From: Diadema antillarum
Lineage: Eukaryota
DNA: 64,000 nucleotides
Direction: 5' to 3'
Assembly (NCBI RefSeq): GCF_040938485.1
Contig: NW_027272185.1
Location: 310,001-374,000, forward strand
Below, piece by piece: positions 11,857 through 23,500 of the stretch. Each line of letters begins with the position of its first letter. Within the stretch, counting starts at the first letter, position 1. A program made the translations under genes and the position numbers. Under the pieces are notes generated by a model. The model made no database searches. It saw only the letters and a list, made by a program, of their open reading frames with translations, and was not told the origin of the DNA.

Positions 11857-14800
11857 CATTCATATACATATACATAAAATTATATCATATTTATATTACC
11901 GTCGTTTTTCTGGTTTTTCTTTCGTCTCAAGTAGCACAGGTCCTGTGTCACTGCTGAAGCCGGTGGTGGGGCCGGGGCCGGGGCCCGGGCCAAAATGTTT
12001 TGAAGCACTTTTGTTAGAACTGTCCTTCTTTTGTTTTTCTCCCTCATTCTCCCTTTTCTCCTGTTCTTTTCCATTTCTTGTAAATAAAAACAACGAAACA
12101 AAGACAACATGATGTTTTCCACTTCAATAATCTTCGACAACCTACCTATATTGTCGGCTAGACAGCACAAAATATCTTACACTTTCTTATGAAACACCAA
12201 TAACTATGTATTGTTAAAATCAGAATGGAAAGATAGAGCACCAGAAAAAAAAAATGAAGCCTGTAGAATGTTTGTTGAAGGAGGCTTGTAGAATAAAGAA
12301 AGAATAGTATACCCACATTACCTTATTTCCTGCGACTGATGTGAAGCGACATCAATTAAATGAAACATACAGAGCTATTGTACTCAGAACGAAACGCCAT
12401 TTTTTTTTTTATGTGGTGACATTATAGTTTAAAGTGTGAAGACTTACATGTCACTTGAAGTTTGTGTTCTGTCGGGTTCTTTTGCGTCTTGGTTGGTCTC
12501 CACAAGAACAGGTCCAATGTTCTGTGCTGTCAAGGTCTCAGCTGGAGGGTCCTTGTCTTCTTTTGACTCAATTGGCGTTTTCTTCTCACTGTGTGGAGGG
12601 ATAAGCAATATGTACAACTCCTTTCAGTGTTGCCGAATTTTGTTCGTTGATTATTTTGTTTGCAGTGAAGGAGGATCACGCATATCGTTTTTTTATTTCG
12701 GAAAGGATTATCACAATCATTTACCTGGATCAAATTTCACTATTTACCAAAGTGGTCTATCTTAAACATGGTAGATTCACGTGTACAAGAAAAAAAAAGA
12801 GAAAACGTGCCATGAAACTCCGTAATATAGTATACAAGGCCGGCAATTTATTGCCGGCCAAATGAAACATAATACAAATTTTTCAAATTCATGAAATTCT
12901 TCCGTTGAGGTGTTTTCATTAGGCGTTTTCTCATCAGCCCGATGTTTCGAAATAGCGCGCTATTTTCTGACTTGGGAAATTTTCCCGATAGCGAAATAGC
13001 GCGCTATTTGATAATGTGAACACAAATTAGCGCGCTAATTGTGTCGCTCTGATCGAGAAAATTTCTCGAGTCCAACTCGGGAAATTTCTGAAATAGCGGG
13101 ATAGTAGCGCGCTATTTGATAATGTGAAAACGACTCGATTAAATTAGCGCGATGCATCCCATCATGCCTAGCGTGTGTGAACCGATCGATCGAGGCAAAC
13201 TGCACACAAATCATGAGGAATTTTTGAGAGGGCACACACATTACTGATGCTGTTTGCTCATACTCAGCTGTCGAATTAGCTCGACAAAAATTCGGGCTGA
13301 TTCTCTTCGGGCTGATGTGAATAAGAAATGAAATAGCGCGCTAACTCGCAATCGCGAAAAATTTCTCGAGCTTGGATTTACATCGGGCTGATGTGAAAAC
13401 GCCTAGTGCAACTGGTTGTCAATCAGTTGCAATGATAACACAAATTGTTATGTTTCATTTTTTGTATATTCTTTTAACTCTGCTGTGTAAAGATTATGCC
13501 TAACCATGACAGTCTTAAGAACAAACAGCATGATTGACCGCATAATTTCATCGGAATGATCATTGTGACGATTGCAACAATGGGAATTATAATGATAGTC
13601 ATTATGCATTTTCCCCTTGGTGGGGGTAGAAAACGCATTTTTTTTAGTTGAGATCTAATCGAAAATTCATTCACAGGAATCACAGAGTTGCATCCTCTAC
13701 ATCTCCGCATTTACTGTTACAAATCATATGAGCCAAATGTCATAGCTCCATGGCAAATAAGCTCTACAATAACGGTTTAACCATCTGCCTCTCCTGTAAG
13801 GTCATTTTTATATAGAGTCATTCCATGCCATGCACTGTCTGTTCTCATTCGCAGTGAGTCAAACGACTTACACTTGTTCTTGACTGGTATCTCGTTGAGG
13901 ATTCTTAGGGTCGGAGCGGACCGCGTTGTCGGCGAACAACTTCCTCCTCGGACGTTTACCACTTGCCTCTCTTCCGGGCGTTTTGCTTTTCCTGAAAATG
14001 TTACATCATTACTTTGTTTAAGAATGGACAACATTAATTTCTGGACAGGAAAGCAGTCTTCATGAGAATGGAAGGATTATTCTCTCAAGACACATATTTC
14101 ATGATTATCATTATGGCGTGTAAATCCTTCTGGCGTGTATATTTCATGGTTATCCTTATTGCATTTGCAGTCAGTAGAGTGCACTAGACTTGACTGGGTG
14201 CATTTCAACGACACCAAATTAGAATTGATACGTGTGTGTTAAACCGTCTTCATGCAACAGGTAACAGGCGTCCTTCCTAAGATTGTTAGTTTAATCAATT
14301 TCTGAAAGTCACTCCAATAATCAGGATTAAGACAATTTTCCAAGCAACGCTTTACATGCTAGCTGTTTACTGTGACAAGAGCCTTTGTTCATATCTTGTC
14401 TGACAAGACACATAGATATAGATCAATCATCATCTGTGGGAACAAACAGGCACTTTCTGAGGTTATGATTGACAAATTATATCTCTATGAAAGTCTTTGT
14501 ATTCAAAGACCACCAAAGAGCTGTCTATGATCTGATCTGATTTTCAAGAGAAACGATGTGTTGAGGTGTGGATAATCATTACATACATATTTAAAGGAGA
14601 ATACCACAGACTTCGCAGTGCAACACATCAAAGTGGAAATAAACGACTCACTTGAGTCCTTCCATCATGGATTTGTAGATGTGTATGATGTTGCCCATCT
14701 GTATGATGAGATAACCAGCTGAAGACGTGAACAACGCCCTCAAACTTAGGATTGACATGGTGTGTGTGATTTTTGTTCGCCGGATCTCTTCGTAGCTGTC

Positions 14801-15478
14801 GTCGAGCACGACGACTTCGAGCACCTTCGGCGTGATGCCCTTGACGAAAAGTACGTACACTTCGTCGTGAGGTCCTTTGACGCAAGTGTTGACGAGCGTC
14901 CGCCCGACTGTCATTACGGGAGTGGTGTCGACGCGAGGGTAGTTGTAGAAATCCATCGCGACAATGCGTTCCTTGAACCGCACGAGGATCAAGCCCGTAC
15001 TCACAGGGATGATCCCTTTCACCTTCTCGTCGACGGGCAGGGACATGGCAGCTTCCCCGGTGGCGTATTTCACCACGAGGATGTTTCCGTTGTAGCGTTT
15101 GAACTCGGCGACGAACACGACGTCATCAGCGACGGCGACGGCGGTGATCTGTTCAACGTTGGCAGGTTTGCCATTCTTGTTGATCGCGAAGTTGCTGACG
15201 AAGTGGCCGTTCACGTTGTACATAATCAATCGGTTCCCCGACTCGACATTGATGACTCTGTCGGGTCCGAACCGCGTGCAGTTGTCAATCACCGTATCCC
15301 CGGAGAAGCCGGCGATGTCGGTGTCCGTACCCTTGGCCACATTAAGCCTGCTGTAGAAATGTCTGTCATCTTTGCTACTATGGGTCAGCACCGTGTTTTT
15401 GTTCAAACTACACAGGATGTCACCCTTGTCCGAGACTTCTTCAACCTTCTTCAGCCACAGCTCTGGACTTTTGGCCAT
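6160..15478 (-). CDS. Multi-exon gene: beta-propeller-like N-terminus + charged linker + ZU5-UPA + death domain (cytoplasmic UNC5/PIDD/ankyrin-type ZU5-UPA-DD supramodule protein), about 860 aa
   Basis: Hand-spliced coding exons (minus): 14652-15478, 13872-13991, 12448-12588, 11900-12076, 11514-11632, 10419-10772, 9496-9686, 8485-8622, 7716-7875, 7198-7264, 6160-6448. All introns are GT-AG, phases chain consistently, and the total is 2583 nt = 861 codons with no internal stop. Domain calls are by motif recognition, not a database search. Confidence 0.85.
7716..9686 (-). CDS. Coding exons 7-9: end of ZU5 and UPA domain (9496-9686, 8485-8622, 7716-7875)
   Basis: RSGKYSVSVMGSEVYKKLSLRPFIPKWMPATRKPIINVMIYDHTEGMDK resembles the UNC5-type ZU5/UPA junction (K.L.L..F......Y.L.V....DT); the following exons are beta-rich and in phase. 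The exon 7 donor (GTTATT) is weaker than the others. Confidence 0.75.
10419..10772 (-). CDS. Coding exon 6: ZU5 domain
   Basis: Translates as RASPVFVSKYIGTEGGEISSKTYGFSLKVPPGAIPRGQRKKIGVEL...FCISPDVHFTPAGMMLEKPATLTLPHS, matching the ZU5 pattern (G..GG.L......L.VP.GA / SP.V...P.G..L.KP..L.LPH). Acceptor ACACAG, donor GTAAGT. Not in the ORF track. Confidence 0.9.
11514..13991 (-). CDS. Coding exons 2-5: low-complexity charged/Pro-rich linker (13872-13991, 12448-12588, 11900-12076, 11514-11632)
   Basis: Each has a pyrimidine-rich AG acceptor and a GT donor (GTAAGT, GTAAGT, GTAATA, GTAACC); phases 2-2, 2-2, 2-2, 2-1 link exon 1 to the ZU5 exon in frame. Confidence 0.75.
12922..13403. mobile_element. 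482-bp MITE in intron 2 of the ZU5-DD gene
   Basis: 24-bp TIR GGCGTTTTC(T/A)CATCAGCCCGATGT with one mismatch, TA on both flanks, and about six internal AAATAGCGCGCTA-type palindromic repeats. Confidence 0.85.
14652..15478 (-). CDS. Coding exon 1: about 275 aa beta-strand-rich domain, NHL/beta-propeller-like
   Basis: 276-aa ORF with GC-rich codons and repeated short hydrophobic strands (ITAVAVADDVVFVAE, NRLIMYNVNGHFV, EVYVLFV). Phase-2 donor AA|GTGAGT at 14652/14651; acceptor TTGTACAG upstream, exon start 15526. Exon is solid; the propeller fold is an inference. Confidence 0.75.
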
Positions 15479-17989
15479 TTCCTCAATCTTGCCTCAAGCT
15501 AACATGCCGTCACAAAACGGAACGTCCTGTACAAGAAGGAATAAGAATAAGAACTTGTGGATTGAGATTCTATATCAAATAAACTTATCTATACCTTCTT
15601 CCTTACGATGTTAATTGATAATCCATGTCTAACAAGAAATTTGCGTGGCCCCACAGACTAATGTGATAAAGTTATTATCAGACTTGAAAACAGCTAGTGA
15701 GTTAAATGTTCAGCACAACCAGACAACATTGTACGTACTTTATTGAAGATTGTGGAAATTACCTGGACCTGATTGAATCGATGAACAATATTTTCGCCAA
15801 CGATTGCTTAGAAGGTACATGTATCATGTAGGCAAATGTTGATTTACTGCATTAATAGGCCCGCAACAAAATATTAATGGCGACTAAATCTATCCATCAA
15901 TAGCCGTATCATCAAGCTACTTTACTTGCCTGTGATTAGGCCTATAACGATACATGCTAAACAAACATAACACGATTGTAAATCGCTCCTTCATAAGTGT
16001 CCCGTCTCAAAGAAAAACATATAACTGTTGTGCAATTTGAACTGTTAATGTATCTGTCAATATAAACTATTAGACTTTCATCACAGAGGAGAAATGATTT
16101 ACAATTCCATGTATTGCCGTACGTGATATGTGACACACATTCATAATGACTACACAAAGCTAAAAAATCCTGCCAAGTAACCAACCCATGCATTTATTGA
16201 GATTGTTTCAGCTGCATGATTAGTTCGTATTTTCCGTTCCGAAGAGTTATGATTTCAGCTTCCATATCCTAAAGCAGTTATGAAACCATGATTCAATAAG
16301 TATAGGCAAACACGGGAAAGACAGATTAAGGCACTTGAAATGTATACAGATAGCGCTAAGACTAATGGCTTTCTATTTCAGTGCTACTCTCTGAAGTGAA
16401 ACGAAAGTGACAAATGTGACAGCTCACCGCTAAAGAGTGACGATGGGGATACTTACGATGGTCACGCTCATGGAACTAAAAAGCAGCGCATGACCAGCAG
16501 GGCGTCGAAATGTCATACATATTTATCCTCACCAGCAGGGATATTCACGAGACAACCATTCGTTTGAAAACATAGCGGTTTAACCGCTATAAACAAACAT
16601 TAACGGCGTGATCTCCATGCGGTTTTGTGTAGAGAACTTCTACGGCTTCTCCCTTTAGATTGGCCAGGTGAGTGAAAGGGCTATCGATCTGCACGGAATC
16701 GATGAAAGAGAAGAAACCAGCCAAGAAGTCGTGCTCTATTCAGGCAAACACAATAGCGCTAACCCGTCTGCTTTTGGACATCGCAAGCAACACACCTCGG
16801 TCCCTATAGCCATCTTCATGTGCCGGAGACAGAGGGTTAATTCCGAATAGTCCCGTCTGCATTGATTGCCGTCAGCACAACAGACAATATTATCAACATT
16901 AAAGACTGCGATAAGCCTTTAGTCGCTCCTCCTTTTTCAGGGACGGGCGCCGGTAAACAGACAATGACGTAATCCGTAGATACGGTTATTTCCCATGAGC
17001 AGAACACTATTTTAAGCGAGCTCATGTCATTTATGTTTATACACAATTCACAGCAGTGTTTTTGACTAATATACTCTTCCCCTATTCGTATCTACTGCGG
17101 TGTGTATACTTTACCCCTTCCCCCGTGACCCATGACTTACAAATGTATGTCATGCACCACGCCATGAGATACATCATGTATTTTGAAAGCACGACTTCAG
17201 CTCCTTCTCGTTTTGCAGGGGGTTCAAAAGTCTTAGTTTCAGACCAGCTTTGTGTGACAGCATTAAATTGACCTCCCTCCTATCCAAAAGGACTATGCAC
17301 CTTCCCCCTCCCCCTTTTTTAACTTGGCGAATACTAGGATGTATGTAATCTACAATACTTGTACTTTGAAGCAATATCCACATTAAATTGATAGCAATAG
17401 ACGGCGAATATAGCCAAGATTACGCCTAAATACCAGACTATCTTCTCTTTTTTCCCCGGCTACCTCACGCGGCGTTGGGTTATCATCATAATGTTCATCG
17501 TTGTTATCATCACCATTGTACTGTTCAAAGACATTTTCAGTCTTAAGAATGGTTCGGGGTATTTCATCCTTTACCTGTAACACCGGAGCCTGCAAATGCC
17601 TGACCGTAGGGCACTGGAGATGTAATGGAGGCGACTCTACTATTGTCATATCTGATGACAAGGAAATATCCCCGTATGAGACGGGACTTCTTTTGTATCT
17701 TTACAAAGGGGATATCATAAACGCAAAGGTTTGCATTGTTCACTTACCTCCGTTTGTCATCTGCGGTGCAAGGGGCAGGCCCACGGAGCAGAGTTATGAT
17801 TTTTTGTTCCACGCACTTCGGATTCAGAGGGCGCTGTTGGATTGGTACTCTAGCCTGATGATTTCCGCTATCTCCGTTACGGTAATCGATGACGTATAAG
17901 TTATAGTAACTGTGTGAATCAAAATCATGCGGGCGCGTAATAAGGTTTGTACTTCCTAAGGTTCAATTGTACGCAACTTCTTGTCATTT

Positions 17990-18240
17990 CAGGATTAACG
18001 AACCTTTGAAATAACGAACCTTATTTCATTTTCTTCTTTTTTTAATTACGAACCTACGGAATAACGAACATTCGGAATAACGCTACAAATTATTGATTAG
18101 CTAAACGATTTTTTTTTTCGGATTAGCAAACATCTAGTTGTTTGGAATTTGAGCATGTTTTTTTAATAACTAACCTTTGAAATAACAAACCTTATTTTAT
18201 TTTACTTTTGGATTAACGAACCTTCAAAATAACGAACATC
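17990..18240. repeat. Cluster of about nine (A/G)ATAACGAAC(CTT)-like short repeats, probably a transposon subterminal relic
   Basis: Repeated ATAACGAACC / ATTAACGAACC variants with irregular spacing; no TIR pair found. Confidence 0.55.
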
Positions 18241-18554
18241 ACACAAGTAAAGCTGCAGCCTGTGCCATCTATTAATATGTCGGAAGCGACTCGAATACGG
18301 CTGTGGTAAGTCAACAGAGCCTATTACTGATCAGGATACTCTAACGGAGCACTTCTAAACTGTGTTCACAATCATGTGCATAAACATAGACGTTTATCCA
18401 GATAAATGGAATTTACGTAACCCTTAACAGGTTAAGGTCTTGCATGTTGCCGTGAAGGTACATCAGTAATAAGTGGCTTTATTTATTCATTTAACGTACC
18501 CGGATGAATGAATTTCTTGCACAAAATCTCTAACACAAACTGAAAACACACACG

Positions 18555-18605
<51 letters not shown>

Positions 18606-19370
18606 CACACCATCATCCATGTAGGCCTATCTTAGCACCCTCCACGTATAAACACCAAACACATGAAGTCTTACTCGTCATTATTTCTGCCCTCAATAAT
18701 ATGAATGGGCGACATCCGTAAGATTTGATTTGTATTTTTATGTTCTGACAAGAATATTTGAGGGGAAAACAAACAATTAATGCGAATTCGATATTACACA
18801 TTCTAGGCACACAATATCAAAAAAAAATCATCTAAATTCGCAATATTTTAGGTGCCTCCTTCCAAATAAACGCAAGGAAGTTTGAAATGCAACTGATTTT
18901 AGTGACTCAAGAGATTGCATCTTGCGTGGTAACATCCTATATAAATCAGATACATATAAATAACATACATGTACTTGCGCATTGATGAATAGGTCCACTT
19001 ATGTAACTTATGACAATCACAGCAGAATAAATTGGCAAATAAAGTAATGATATTGCACATTGATATATTGTACTGACATTCGGTTTCAAGCACAGAGAAA
19101 ATGTCAAAAGAAACAACTGATAATAAATGTGATTTTGCAACAATAATGATTACTGAATATGAAACTTAAAACGTATACACGTACAAAGTGATATACTAGT
19201 ATCGCAAACCTTATAACCATAAACTCAGCATCAGTTGGATGGTATTTTTGTATTCGATATATTTGTTTGCGAAACATATAATGGAAAAATATTCGCTGAA
19301 TGTTACTTATACAACTCGTGGAGAAAATAGTGCAATTTTTCTCTTTTCGCCGGCAACATGTGTATATATG

Positions 19371-19418
<48 letters not shown>

Positions 19419-20570
19419 TTTTGCACACAAATTTAAATGGAGACATCAGTGGTTATAATAGTTGCCATAAAATATCATTAGCATAAGACATCTTGCTCAC
19501 TTGCCTGCAAAGTTTACTATGGTATTGCTCTCTGTATTATACTTTCAGGAGATGGGGACAGTTATACAGTAGCTTAATGCAGAAAATGATTTATCTCATG
19601 TTGCAGAATATTTTAATGGACAGTAAGTGTTTCAGTCGCTCCTCTGTTGCACTGTTTTTTTTTTAAATGCCAGTAATCGACGAGCGCATAAGAGAGAGAG
19701 AGGATATGTGCTGTTAACTATGATTGTAGGATTCGCTAGGAAGGTAATCACCCCTATATATACCATGTATCCAGTCAACAGACGAAAATGTTGATATAAT
19801 CGTCGGCTCGTAATTACAAGTAATCGGCCACTCAGACTGATGGTTCTTACACCTGTCTCTATCGGTCTCATCCCAACATGGTGGATAATGACAAATGAGA
19901 GCTAGTATGAGCATGATCTGTGTATCAATTAATTATCACTGGTTTCTCCGTACATTTCGGCGACTAAGTATACGCAACAATGCAGTTTGATGTCATTCCG
20001 CCTAGTACACGGGTATACGATTCATATTTACATGTATCTCTTTCCATTGTCGACATCCATCGAAATAGTCATTTTACGTCACCTATAAATCAAAATCTAG
20101 TGGTATATTTTGCGTTCCCCCAACAAGTTCTTCACATGGGACAAGGTTATAAACACCATGCGTGTTCATAGAGTTTGATGACATGCTGACACATGCACCA
20201 AAAAAAAAAAAAAAAATCTCTTTCATGACAGCCATGATAAACAAAACACAGTGGCAGCTATGTGGCTCGAAGAGAAATACAGCAACTATGTTTCAGAATT
20301 AATCAGGGTCAGACTACGCACAGTAACGATTTGAATACATGGGATAATGCAAATGCAGATATTAATGATAGACTTATATAAACACACACGCGCACACACA
20401 CAAACACATGATTTTGTATATGAGAGTACAGGCAAGTATAGGTGCATATAATGAACAGGATAAATGCAGTTTGTGTGTGCGCGTGCATGTGTGTTATGTG
20501 TACATGTGATACACTAACAGGAACTAAGATTGAAAGTTTTCGATATTCAAAAACAAAAGGTGTTCATTCG

Positions 20571-23500
20571 TCAGTCGGGCAAAGTGCGGTGTCCAAAGGT
20601 TTCCCTGCGGCAGCACCTCACGTGGGGTAGAAGAATCACGGCCGCAGCTGCGAAATCCACCACCCCAGCGATGCAGAATGAGATGTTGTACGACCCCGTC
20701 ACGTCGAAAATGGCGCCTGAAGGAGAGGGAAGAATGATACATTGCGTACCTTGGTGTGACAAAGCATTTCCATCCGTTTCATCATACTCTTCCTTCGCAT
20801 ACCACACTCTCATTGCCCAATTGTTGTATCTTTGTATGTTTCTCTTGTATGTTCCTTTGTTCGTTCAAGGAAATTAATGAAGCCCAAAATCTATTATGAT
20901 ACCTTACCGCTTTTATATAATGGTACATGCATCCTTTTTGATGACATTGAGGACGTTGTTTTATATCAGGAATAAAGCCAAGTTTGGAAACAGACTGGCT
21001 TTTGTCCTCGGCGTAGATTACTAGATCTGTGATTATGCCGCAACTCAACTACAAGCACTAGACATGGTATAGATATTAACCTTTAATTAAAAATACTTGA
21101 CGTGTGTACAACATGTTCACATAGGAAGGCTAGGAATGCTCATGGAAGTCAAATGTGCCCGTCAATTGATTTTGAAATCCACCTGTCGATCGTTTATTCC
21201 ATCCGCTCCAAATTGTTTTAATTGCTTATCGTAGACTACATCAAGCTGTCTGTGCAGACAAAAGAAAGACCAAACAGCTGACGAGGAAAGGATGGAGAAA
21301 GGAGGCAATTCGAAGAAAAAGTAGAAGGAGAGAGCAACCCATCAAACGTCTGGGTCTCCATTACTCCAGATTATGTTTCCAATGTTTGACAGGAAAAAAA
21401 AAATCCTGCTTTCACTGCATGCACAATAAGTCAGAGCCGAACGTAATTAAGCAATCAAAGTATGACCTTTTGTCGGACGCACTCCATACCGTCGAGAAAT
21501 TGATAGGAAATGTCATTTTAAAAATCAGTCACAAAGATGAAGCTAAACAGAAATAGAGTAGTAGTTGATAGGTTGATTTCAGATAAAGTGGTCTAACTGT
21601 TTTCACTTGAATGTAAAAGTTAGTGTCAAAATAGTAGGAAATGTTTTTTAAAAAAGCCTGAATCAACTATTTAAACTTGAATCTTTCCATACATTCATCA
21701 GTAAGACCCAGGAACGTCTCAAATTAGAAAAATGCTTTTGTAACTTCACAAAACCGTTTGAATTTCACATATTTCTCATCAAGTTTTGCCAGAATTCTTT
21801 ATTTGTCTTCAATAACACTTCCATACATTAATTTATGAAAAAATTCAAAACATTCTGTTTCTTTCTTCTTTGCATGTAACCGATCATATCACAGAAATCG
21901 TTTTTCCGTGGTTTGGCGTTGTCTCTTTTTACTATGATTTGAAGTTTTCGTAGTTAGTGGCTCATAAAGTTTAGAAAGAACCCTCATTCAATGAAACCTT
22001 TTATAGTTTGATAGTGGTTGTTCTTGTCAGTTGCAGAATTTTTAAGAGAAACTTTTAAAAGCTATATCTATAACTGTCTCTTAAGTTAGCAAGATTCTTG
22101 AAGAGGACTAATGTTTCTGTTTCTCTCTCAAATTGGAACATTTTTGTGCATTTATTTCTGATTTTGTGTAGATTATATGAATTTAATCGTTTGATCTTAG
22201 TAGGTTAATCTTTGTCTAAGAGATCTGCAGTGAAATTCAAATGTGCCGATTAAAAGATGGCAAGATGATAGTTTTGTACCAAAATTCCCCCAGCACCTGA
22301 TGAGTAAATTGAAGTCTAGACAAACAATTAATTGCTTTCTCACCCATAACGATTCCACTGACAGGAGCACCGACACCACTGACGAAGAAAATGATGGACA
22401 GGGCCGCCTTGAAGCGGTCGTCGGGAATCTTGATTTTCACTAGGATGTTGATCAGGGTCGTCTTCACTCCGAGAGTGAAGCCGTTGAGGGCAGCAAGGAT
22501 TCCCAGGAACCAGAACGACGAGGCGAGGTAGTTGATGAGGAATGCCACTCCCGCCACGACGCTCATCACGACGTAGAAAGCATCGTTATCCATCCAGACC
22601 TTCTCCGCAATGAATCCGGCGACGAATCGGCCGGCGATGTCGGCAACGCCACCGATCGTCGCCAAGAAGACAGCCTCATCCGACGGAATGCCCTTGGCCT
22701 CGGCATTGGGGATGAGGAAAACAACCCAGGCGATGTAGGTGACGGCGTAGAGCACGACGTTGATAGAGAGCACGGTGAATACGAGAGGGAAATCTCTGTA
22801 GAGATAAAAATCGAATGACTTGAGGAAGGTTGTAAAGCCGCGTCTTGCTACCGGTGAACAACACGTCTGCGATTGTCGTTTGCACTGACCTTCGTATTGT
22901 AATACGACCGTCCTCGTGCGAGGGGAATGCCCCGTCGAATTTTGCGTAGATAATTCTACAAGTGACGACTTAGACATTATTGGCCTACCTCGCTCTGAAC
23001 TATCCATCGCCAAGAATAAAACTCTTGATGCCATATCTTCGCGTTTTGGTGAGCTTTGACTTTCAGATGCACAGCTGTCTTCACTTTCGTCATCTCTCGG
23101 TGAAACAGGAGCAATGGTGAAGTTTACACGATCCCCTTTCGAGATCGACGAGTAAGTACAATCGGCTTCATTCACTGACGACTCCAAAGACGAAGCAGAT
23201 ACGTTTGCTTCCATCGAGGGCGTTTGTTCTTTGTCCTCATCACACAGGCAGTCCTCGACCTCCAGAGAGGTTGCTATCGTACTGGAGTATGTTATGTTCG
23301 CGCTCACGAAAGAAGACTCGTTCCACTTGGCTTCCTCGAGGAACACCGGCTTGTAAGCGTGTTCGGGATTGTTACCAGCGACTCGCCCTTGAGGTTTCGA
23401 GGGCTTGATGAGGGCGCCGTACACGACGGAGTGGAGATTCAGAGCCCCTAGCATCAAGAGAGCCGACTTCCAGCCATAAGCGTCAGTGATTAACTGGGTG

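Noticed and set aside
14762-15502. 246-aa plus-strand ORF
   Set aside because: Antisense shadow of the GC-rich propeller exon with no recognisable motifs. The same applies to the antisense ORFs over the death-domain, SLC16, AK8 and GPCR exons.
17383-17661. 92-aa minus-strand ORF with possible splice sites (candidate exon of about 77 nt)
   Set aside because: No recognisable domain and no partner exon in compatible phase; cannot be supported without RNA data.
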